Positions 1 through 6,329 of a DNA stretch of 64,000 nucleotides are shown here, piece after piece. The DNA lies in IMG/VR virus record IMGVR_UViG_3300020045_011333, positions 64,001 to 128,000 of that record; one strand, 5' to 3'. The first letter of the stretch is position 1. Each line of letters starts with the position of its first letter. A program made the position numbers and the translations under genes. This DNA comes from a virus. The notes below the pieces were generated by a model. The model was not told where the DNA came from, made no database searches, and saw only the letters and a program-made list of their open reading frames with translations.

Positions 1-2
1 AT

Positions 3-1802
3 GGTAGTGGAAATGGCATCATGATTGCTCAGTGCGAAAATGCATTGATCGAATGGTGTCAGGCATACAATAATGGAGCAAATAATAACTTCCCCGGAAG
101 TGGTCCGGTTGGTATTTGGTTCTACGATAATTGGAATTCGGTTATCCAATTTTGTGAGAGCCATCACAACTTAACTCAGTCCGGGGACGGTGGTGGGTTT
201 GACATCGATGGTGGTTGTCAAAATTGCACGATCCAGTATTGCTATTCACATGATAACGGTGGTCCCGGATATATGCTTTATCACTTCACTGATCCGGGCT
301 ATATGTTACCATTTTTTGGAAATGTTTTACGTTATAATATTACTGAAAATGATAACACCTATTCTTCACAAACATTTAAAGGTTCAATAAACATTGGAAC
401 CGCATCCACGACTGAGACAGCACCAAATTGTCACGTCTATGGGAACACAATCTATCAAAGCATAGCTTCTAAAGCCGGTATTTACTTTATTTCCAATCAG
501 AATATGTTCACTAACGGAAGAATATCCAATAATATTATTTATGTAACCGGTGCTTCTTCTAAATTTATTGATAGTTTTTCAACTACTAATCCGGTAATGA
601 CCTTTACAGGCAACCTGTATTATTCTGGCGCACAACCTGTATCAATAAAGTGGGGAGCTACAACTTATGATTCTATAGCCGCATGGAGGGCTGCTCGTAC
701 CACTCAAGAAACTATCGCCGGAATAGATACGTCTGTCAGTGGTGATCCCTTGTTTCAAGGTACTTTACCTATTGGAACAATCGGCGGCTTTAATACCACA
801 CTTCTTGCGCCGTATAGGACTCAAACAACGTCACCAACTATTAATGCCGGTAAAGACTTACTAGCACTCTCCGGTATCAATATGGGAAGCAGCGACTTGT
901 TTGGAAACAGCATTCCACGCGGCTCGGTATATGACATAGGAGTTTTTGATGCAGTTGGAACACCCATAACACCTCCGTCGAATACTACTGCCCCTTCAGT
1001 ATCTGGACTTCTTACTCAAGGCTCAATACTTACAACAACTTTAGGGACATGGACCAATTCCCCAACAACCTATTACTTCCAGTGGAAAAGAAATGGAACC
1101 TCTATCTCAGGTGCTAAGTCGTCAACGTACACTACCGTGCTTGCTGATGTAGGTGCAATGATATCTTGTGACGTAACGGCAGCAAACAAAGGGGGAGCCG
1201 CAACACAATCTAGTAATAGTATCGGTCCAGTAGTGATACCAGCTAGTTTTGTGTTTACTGATAATTTTAATCGAGCTAATGATGCTTCTTCTCTCATTAT
1301 TGGAAACTCAGCGTGGACTACTTCTGGCGGATCAAGTACTTCAGCAAGAGTTACTAGTAACCAACTTCAAGTTCTTACGACTGAAGGAGGGTATTTAACT
1401 CCCGATCTTTTATCAGCAAATCATGCCGTACAAGCTCTCGTAGTAGCTGCTGCTGCCACAACTGGTCCATTTTTAGCAGTTAGAATGGTGGATCAAAATA
1501 ATTTTGTGGGAATTAGATTTAGTACATCAACCGGTGGTGTTCAATTGTGGCAGCGGGTTGAGGGTACTTTAACTCAAATTGGTTCTGCGACAATAGCAAC
1601 CGGAGCGGGCCATACAATTAGAGTGGAAGTGTACGATGATAAGGTTCAAGTACTTAGGAATGGTGTAGTTATTATTGCGCCATATACATTAATTGGCCTA
1701 GGTGCTGGTATAACTAAGGCCGGTATTATCGCCCGCACAACCGCTATAAATCCTTGGATTGATGATTTCCATGCTGAAAATATATTATCTCTTACAGTAT
1801 AA
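3..1802 (+). CDS. 5'-truncated beta-helix tail spike/depolymerase-like protein with Ig-like and C-terminal lectin-like domains
   Basis: Frame is open from the window edge (GSGNGIMIAQ...). Asn/Gly-rich parallel beta-helix repeats are followed by an Ig-like module (APSVSG...GTWTNSPTTYYFQWKRNGTSISGA) and a ConA-like C-terminus. Confidence 0.7.
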   Translation, partial: GSGNGIMIAQCENALIEWCQAYNNGANNNFPGSGPVGIWFYDNWNSVIQFCESHHNLTQSGDGGGFDIDGGCQNCTIQYCYSHDNGGPGYMLYHFTDPGYMLPFFGNVLRYNITENDNTYSSQTFKGSINIGTASTTETAPNCHVYGNTIYQSIASKAGIYFISNQNMFTNGRISNNIIYVTGASSKFIDSFSTTNPVMTFTGNLYYSGAQPVSIKWGATTYDSIAAWRAARTTQETIAGIDTSVSGDPLFQGTLPIGTIGGFNTTLLAPYRTQTTSPTINAGKDLLALSGINMGSSDLFGNSIPRGSVYDIGVFDAVGTPITPPSNTTAPSVSGLLTQGSILTTTLGTWTNSPTTYYFQWKRNGTSISGAKSSTYTTVLADVGAMISCDVTAANKGGAATQSSNSIGPVVIPASFVFTDNFNRANDASSLIIGNSAWTTSGGSSTSARVTSNQLQVLTTEGGYLTPDLLSANHAVQALVVAAAATTGPFLAVRMVDQNNFVGIRFSTSTGGVQLWQRVEGTLTQIGSATIATGAGHTIRVEVYDDKVQVLRNGVVIIAPYTLIGLGAGITKAGIIARTTAINPWIDDFHAENILSLTV

Positions 1803-1830
1803 TATAAATTAAGTTCAATTTAATAAAAAC

Positions 1831-1859
1831 TTGACTTTATCAAAAAATAGTGTTATAGT
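1831..1859 (+). promoter_or_regulatory. sigma70-type promoter
   Basis: TTGACT-17 nt-TATAGT with extended -10 TG, upstream of 1898. Confidence 0.8.
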
Positions 1860-1897
1860 TATTCTATAACACTATTTTTTATTTTATAGGTATTTGA

Positions 1898-3772
1898 ATG
1901 GCCACTACAACAGAACTTCAAGCTAAAATTGATAAACTTTCAGTCAATATGGATAGGCTGAATCTAATCACAAATGGCAATTCTACTACTGAAGTAGCTA
2001 TTGATAGTGGAACTGTACCTAGTATTGCTAAATTCATAGCCGGTATTCAAGCTCAAGTAAATGCTGCCATTTCAGCCGGAAGTGTTTCCAAGGCTGGTGA
2101 CACAATGGGCGGCGACCTATACATTTCAAAAGTTAATCCTACATTAATATTAAGAAAAACATCCACAAGTGGACAAGTGAATAGGATTATAGGACAAACT
2201 AATACTGTAAGTAGATGGCTTGTAGATATTGGGGATGCCACCACTGAATCCGGTACAAATGTAGGCTCTGATTTAAGTATCCATAGATTAGACAATGCAG
2301 GTACTTATGCGGGTACGCCGTTTCAAATTGAGCGTTCCACCGGAATTACTAAAACCAACGAAGGTTTTAAGTGGATCAGGTGTATCCTTCTTCCTCAAGG
2401 AACTAATTTTGATACCGTATTAGAATCAGGTACGTATGATTGTTCTTCACCTCTTAACGGGCCTTATACCTCAACAGGTTGGTTTTATTTAGAAGTAATT
2501 CGTCATTCGGGTGGTACTGATTGGGCTATTCAAAAGGCAACGGCTTTAACTGATGCCTCTGGACATATTAACACATGGATTAGAAGAAGAACTTCAACTA
2601 CATGGAGTGCTTGGAAACCTTTATCTGGATTTGTTACCCCCGAACATTACGGCGCATTAGGTGATGGTAATAATAATGATACAACAGCCGTAACTTATGC
2701 TTTAAGATCAGGGTTCCCGGTAAATCTTCTTGGATTGTATAGAATTAATAATAATATTATTTTTGGTGATAACTATTCTGGAGGGGCAACAGATTACATA
2801 CAAGGGGCTGGAAAACGTCATTTTATTTTAGACGGGCAATATGCTAGACTAGATTGGGTAATAAATACTCCGGTAGGCGCTCAAGGGAGAATGCTAGTAG
2901 CAAAAGATATTGTTTTAGTGGGTAATGCTTCCAACCATGATTGGGGGGCATTAAATCTATCTACCACTGGAGGATCAAGCTCAACTTCCAAAACTTTCGA
3001 TTTAAGGAATATTATTACTGAAGGGTATAATGTAGATACCACCGCTCCACTTCATGGCATAACTTTAGCTAATATGAGAAATGGTATTTTGGATGGCTGT
3101 AAGCATCAAGGTAATCGAGCCAATGCTTCTGGAAGCCGAACTGGTATTGGAGTCTATGCACTAGGTACTGGTGATCCGGGAAGTTTTCATATTAATAACC
3201 AACATGCTTATTTTTGCTCTAAAGGCATAGAAATTCAACAAACCAATGAAAGAATTTCAATTACAGACTGCCGAATGGATTATGTTGATAATGGAATTAG
3301 AGTAGCATTAGATGAAAACCCCATAGATGGGGACAACATGGGTAAACCTACAACAATTATTAACGGAGGATTTATTAGACCTCATAGTGTGGGAGTAACT
3401 TTAGAAAGGGCTTGGAGTTGGAAAGTGACCAATGTAGATTTTCATACCCAAAGCTCAAATAGTTTCTTTGTAGGCATTGCGTCATCCATTTCCTCAACTC
3501 AAAGTCAACAAGGGTGGATCGATGGCTGCTCGTTTAGAGACTTATCTACGGCAGGCGGTGTATCTTCTAATACGACAAGAGGTATTTATTTACAAGGCCA
3601 CACTACAGGCAACGTAACTACTAGAATTGGTATGAACTTTTTTATTCTTTTAACAACTGGTATTTATTTAGATACACAAGTGAGAAGCGTAAGATATTCT
3701 GCCGCCGCAGTTTATGAAGGTGTAGTAACACCTGTGGCTAATTTTGGTGGCGGAACAAACACGTCTTATTAA
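1898..3772 (+). CDS. tail fibre/spike: N-terminal anchor, knob-like repeat, pectate-lyase-like beta-helix (putative polysaccharide depolymerase)
   Basis: Anchor motif DKLSVNMDRL...NG...VPSIAKF; knob-like GTYD...GWFYLEVIRH...QKA...WIRR...WSAWK; VTPEHYGALGDGNNNDTTA beta-helix cap motif. Confidence 0.8.
   Translation: MATTTELQAKIDKLSVNMDRLNLITNGNSTTEVAIDSGTVPSIAKFIAGIQAQVNAAISAGSVSKAGDTMGGDLYISKVNPTLILRKTSTSGQVNRIIGQTNTVSRWLVDIGDATTESGTNVGSDLSIHRLDNAGTYAGTPFQIERSTGITKTNEGFKWIRCILLPQGTNFDTVLESGTYDCSSPLNGPYTSTGWFYLEVIRHSGGTDWAIQKATALTDASGHINTWIRRRTSTTWSAWKPLSGFVTPEHYGALGDGNNNDTTAVTYALRSGFPVNLLGLYRINNNIIFGDNYSGGATDYIQGAGKRHFILDGQYARLDWVINTPVGAQGRMLVAKDIVLVGNASNHDWGALNLSTTGGSSSTSKTFDLRNIITEGYNVDTTAPLHGITLANMRNGILDGCKHQGNRANASGSRTGIGVYALGTGDPGSFHINNQHAYFCSKGIEIQQTNERISITDCRMDYVDNGIRVALDENPIDGDNMGKPTTIINGGFIRPHSVGVTLERAWSWKVTNVDFHTQSSNSFFVGIASSISSTQSQQGWIDGCSFRDLSTAGGVSSNTTRGIYLQGHTTGNVTTRIGMNFFILLTTGIYLDTQVRSVRYSAAAVYEGVVTPVANFGGGTNTSY
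1920..1960 (+). repeat. 41-nt exact repeat, copy 1 (copy 2 at 6355-6395)
   Basis: AAGCTAAAATTGATAAACTTTCAGTCAATATGGATAGGCTG is identical in the 5' ends of both tail spike genes. Confidence 0.95.
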
Positions 3773-3785
3773 TTTAATAAAATCC

Positions 3786-3814
3786 TTGACATTTAAAATT
3801 TCATATGATATAAA
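3786..3814 (+). promoter_or_regulatory. sigma70-type promoter
   Basis: TTGACA-17 nt-TATAAA with TG extension; a 10-bp inverted repeat 3811-3820/3836-3845 overlaps the -10 and the RBS. Confidence 0.75.
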
Positions 3815-3844
3815 GGCCTCATTGATTAACGTCACGAGGCCTTT

Positions 3845-4084
3845 ATGTTTTTAACAGTCTATGTCACAGAGTGGGACGAACCTTCTCGTCGCCACGTATT
3901 AAATTTATTAGATCAACCACATAAAGTGATTGACATTGACAAAAATCCTGATATAGCTGAGACTCAAAAGATTAAGGCTGTACCGACGACGCAGATTTAC
4001 GATAAAGACGGCGTATTATTAGCAACCAAAATTGGTGCCGCAACTAAATCAATTATAGAAGAGTGGATCAGAGAATGTCAATAA
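3845..4084 (+). CDS. thioredoxin-fold protein lacking the CxxC motif
   Basis: VTEWDEPS occupies the WCGPC position; IDIDKNPDIAETQKIKAVPT retains the cis-Pro loop; KIGAATKSIIEEWI matches the Trx C-terminal helix. Confidence 0.75.
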   Translation: MFLTVYVTEWDEPSRRHVLNLLDQPHKVIDIDKNPDIAETQKIKAVPTTQIYDKDGVLLATKIGAATKSIIEEWIRECQ

Positions 4085-4404
4085 TTAGCTTGAAAGAAAG
4101 AAGCAAACTAATCATAGCCTTTCGTATTATAGAATTTGGAAATTTTTTAGAAATTAAAGATTTTTTATCTGAATTCTATAATGGAAGTTTTTGTTTATTA
4201 ATTTATTTAAGAGAGACTTTGAAAAATACAAATGACATTGTAAATAGAGTTAAAGAAGATAAAATATTATTAACTACTGATTCTTCCGAACATGAAATTA
4301 AGTTTGGAAATGTTATTGTAATAGAAGATAACAAAATTAATATTTTTGATACAATCCATGACATGAACGAAAAATATGTTGAAATAAAGAAAAATAACAC
4401 TTGA
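4075..4404 (+). CDS. hypothetical protein
   Basis: ORF (track start 4063); the ATG at 4075 overlaps the upstream stop. Confidence 0.55.
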   Translation: MSIISLKERSKLIIAFRIIEFGNFLEIKDFLSEFYNGSFCLLIYLRETLKNTNDIVNRVKEDKILLTTDSSEHEIKFGNVIVIEDNKINIFDTIHDMNEKYVEIKKNNT

Positions 4405-4429
4405 CATTTCAAAAACAATGTGTTATAGT
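4401..4429 (+). promoter_or_regulatory. sigma70-type promoter for the tRNA cluster
   Basis: TTGACA-17 nt-TATAGT with TG, about 19 nt before tRNA-Met. Confidence 0.85.
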
Positions 4430-4447
4430 TATAGTCCAACTAAATAT

Positions 4448-4524
4448 TGCGGGGTAGAGCAGTCTGGTAGCTCGTCTGCCTCATAAGCAGAAGGTCACAG
4501 GTTCAAATCCTGTCCCCGCAACCA
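4448..4524 (+). tRNA. tRNA-Met(CAT), initiator-like body
   Basis: TGCGGGG/CCCCGCA acceptor, TCTGC-CTCATAA-GCAGA anticodon arm, GGTTCAAATCC T-arm, ACCA end. Confidence 0.95.
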
Positions 4525-4601
4525 TAACTATATAAAGAAATAAAATACAATTATGAATTGTTACCAACCCTTCAGTAATATAACCAATCATTACGATAAG
4601 A

Positions 4602-4739
4602 ATGAATAAAATAACAATTTTATTCATAATAGGGTATATCGTAATGTTAGCAGGATTTTTAAGTTCTGCTATTTTTTTGCCTATAAGTTTATTCATTATA
4701 ATGACAGCCGTTTGGCTCAGTGAGAAAGAGGACGATTAA
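4602..4739 (+). CDS. small membrane protein (45 aa), not in ORF track
   Basis: MNKITILFIIGYIVMLAGFLSSAIFLPISLFIIMTAVWLSEKEDD, long hydrophobic stretch. Confidence 0.5.
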   Translation: MNKITILFIIGYIVMLAGFLSSAIFLPISLFIIMTAVWLSEKEDD

Positions 4740-4741
4740 TC

Positions 4742-4843
4742 ATGGTTGAAACTAAAATTATTAAATCTTCTACAGGCGAGAAGTATGTAGCCGTTTTTAT
4801 TGATGGAAAAGAAATCTTACCGGCACAAGATAAAAAGTCTTGA
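4742..4843 (+). CDS. small hypothetical protein (33 aa)
   Basis: GAGG RBS then MVETKIIKSSTGEKYVAVFIDGKEILPAQDKKS. Confidence 0.45.
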   Translation: MVETKIIKSSTGEKYVAVFIDGKEILPAQDKKS

Positions 4844-4868
4844 CAATTCATAATAACAATGATATAGT
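4840..4868 (+). promoter_or_regulatory. sigma70-type promoter
   Basis: TTGACA-17 nt-TATAGT with TG. Confidence 0.85.
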
Positions 4869-4888
4869 TATGATCTGAAATAAAGTTA

Positions 4889-4962
4889 CGATGGGTAGTT
4901 TAATTTAAGAGAACAGTTCCGTTGAGGAAAAAATGCTGGCGAGTCACCAGCCCCGTTGACCA
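4889..4962 (+). ncRNA. atypical tRNA-like element (possible TTG anticodon, non-canonical T-loop)
   Basis: CGATGGG/CCCGTTG acceptor, GTTT/GAAC D-stem, TTCC/GGAA anticodon stem, GCTGG-CGAGTCA-CCAGC T-arm, ACCA end. Confidence 0.65.
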
Positions 4963-4970
4963 AATAAAAT

Positions 4971-5046
4971 GTCAGTATAGCTCAGTCGGTAGAGCAAACG
5001 CTTGATAAGCGTTAGGCCAGAGGTTCAAGTCCTTTTACTGATACCA
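4971..5046 (+). tRNA. tRNA-Ile(GAT)
   Basis: AACGC-TTGATAA-GCGTT; GGTTCAAGTCC; ACCA. Confidence 0.95.
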
Positions 5047-5087
5047 AAAAGTGGAGGAGAAAATAAAGCATTAAAGAAAGATTTAAA

Positions 5088-5222
5088 ATGCTAAAATTTC
5101 TCAACAAGTGGAATAAACGACGAAATACTGTTAATGAACTAAGTCGAATGTCTGACAGGGAACTGAGTGATATCGGTATTAGTCGTTTAAATATTAAAGA
5201 AGTAGCTAGAGATTTAATTTAG
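5088..5222 (+). CDS. DUF1127 family small protein (44 aa), not in ORF track
   Basis: MLKFLNKWNKRRNTVNELSRMSDRELSDIGISRLNIKEVARDLI contains the L..MSDREL.DIGI.R..I family motif. Confidence 0.85.
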   Translation: MLKFLNKWNKRRNTVNELSRMSDRELSDIGISRLNIKEVARDLI

Positions 5223-5237
5223 ATTTTTTAGTTATAA

Positions 5238-5314
5238 CAGGGTGTAGCTCAACTTGGTGGAGCGCAAGCTTTGGAAGCTTGAGGTTATCTGTTCAATTCA
5301 GATCATCCTGACCA
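5238..5314 (+). tRNA. tRNA-Pro(TGG)
   Basis: CAGGGTG/CATCCTG; CAAGC-TTTGGAA-GCTTG; ACCA. Confidence 0.95.
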
Positions 5315-5341
5315 ATTAACATAACAAAAGGAATACCATAC

Positions 5342-5503
5342 ATGCTAGGCACAATTTTAATTATTGTTCTAATTCTTCTATTGATTGGAGCTATCCCCGG
5401 AAGTCCCGTAAATTATGGTTTTGGTAATGGACTAAATGGTGGTCTTGGTATTGTTCTGGTAATTCTAATTATCCTTGCGTTAACTGGCACAATTCATATT
5501 TAA
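5342..5503 (+). CDS. DUF3309 family small membrane protein (53 aa), not in ORF track
   Basis: MLGTILIIVLILLLIGAIPG...YG.G.G..GGLGIVLVILIILALTG matches the family pattern; AAGGA RBS. Confidence 0.8.
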   Translation: MLGTILIIVLILLLIGAIPGSPVNYGFGNGLNGGLGIVLVILIILALTGTIHI

Positions 5504-5508
5504 ACAAA

Positions 5509-5583
5509 GCACCTAGAGCAAGTAGGACATGCAGGGACTTCTAAACTCCTGAAAAGTCGGCTCGATACCGACTAGGTGCACCA
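5509..5583 (+). tRNA. tRNA with ambiguous anticodon: CTA (amber suppressor) in canonical register, or TCT (Arg) in a shifted register
   Basis: GCACCTA/TAGGTGC acceptor, GGGAC-TTCTAAA-CTCCT arm, GTCGG-CTCGATA-CCGAC T-arm, ACCA. Confidence 0.8.
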
Positions 5584-5727
5584 AATTACTATTCTCATAA
5601 TAGAGGAAATATAAATGGTCGACGAAACGTAGGTATACAAGTTCTCCTCTTATATCAGAGATGGCCCTTCTTAATATCATTTATTAAGATTTAAATCATC
5701 ATCAAAATATAATCGGAGAATACCTAA

Positions 5728-6054
5728 ATGTCTATCGAACTTAAAATTAAATCAAAACATCTTACTGAAGAAGCAAAAATTATTCGTTTCGAGGAAAGAA
5801 AACAAAAAGCTAGAAATAAAGAATTATTTTGGTCCTTAAGAAGCCACAGAACATGGGAAGTAAGGAATGAAAATAGAGCTACGTTTTTAGCCCGTGCTTA
5901 TTTAGCTGGAAAATCTTATAAATCTATTGAACATAAAGTTCATGATATTTGGAAGTTGAAAGCTTACATTTTACCAAGAACTTTAGTAATGGTAAATAAA
6001 TACGGAACTATAAAATTAACTAAAGATGATTTAATTAATTGGATCAGTGAATAA
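5728..6054 (+). CDS. conserved phage hypothetical protein
   Basis: GGAG RBS; basic 108-aa ORF (LKIKSKHLTEEAKIIRFEE...RATFLARAYLAGK). Confidence 0.7.
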   Translation: MSIELKIKSKHLTEEAKIIRFEERKQKARNKELFWSLRSHRTWEVRNENRATFLARAYLAGKSYKSIEHKVHDIWKLKAYILPRTLVMVNKYGTIKLTKDDLINWISE

Positions 6055-6061
6055 ATAAAAT

Positions 6062-6128
6062 TAAGGTTTCCTCTTCCTGATGCTTTGAGGAATTAAATTA
6101 AGTGAGTGTGACACTTAGGCCTTGACCA
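6062..6128 (+). ncRNA. D-armless tRNA-like RNA ending in ACCA
   Basis: TAAGGTT/GGCCTTG acceptor-like stem, TCCTC/GAGGA central hairpin, TAAGTG-AGTGTGA-CACTTA T-like arm, A+CCA, 2 nt before tRNA-Thr. Confidence 0.6.
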
Positions 6129-6130
6129 AT

Positions 6131-6207
6131 GCCGATTTAACTCAGTTCGGTAGAGTAGCTGATTTGTAATCAGTTTGTCAGGGGTTCAAATCCTCTAATC
6201 GGCTCCA
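6131..6207 (+). tRNA. tRNA-Thr(TGT)
   Basis: GCTGA-TTTGTAA-TCAGT; GGTTCAAATCC; TCCA. Confidence 0.95.
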
Positions 6208-6208
6208 T

Positions 6209-6283
6209 GCTCTCTTCGTCTAGTGGCTAGGATAGGACGCTTTCATCGTCCAGAAGACGGATCGAAACCGTCAGAGAGTACCA
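6209..6283 (+). tRNA. tRNA-Glu(TTC)
   Basis: GCTCTCT/AGAGAGT; GGACG-CTTTCAT-CGTCC; ACCA. Confidence 0.92.
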
Positions 6284-6329
6284 TTACTAAAACCATATTA
6301 ATAAATAATAACAAAAAGAATAATATTAA

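Noticed and set aside
4481-4696. Minus-strand 71-aa ORF
   Set aside because: Antisense to tRNA-Met and to a plausible plus-strand membrane ORF; its C-terminus (VAGTGFEPVTF) is the typical tRNA shadow translation
4704-4732. GCCGTTTGGCTCAGTGAGAAAGAG as a tRNA 5' remnant
   Set aside because: No anticodon, T or acceptor 3' parts; it lies within the coding end of ORF 4602-4739
5610-5660. Hammerhead-like ribozyme (CGAAAC)
   Set aside because: No CTGANGA core or required stems
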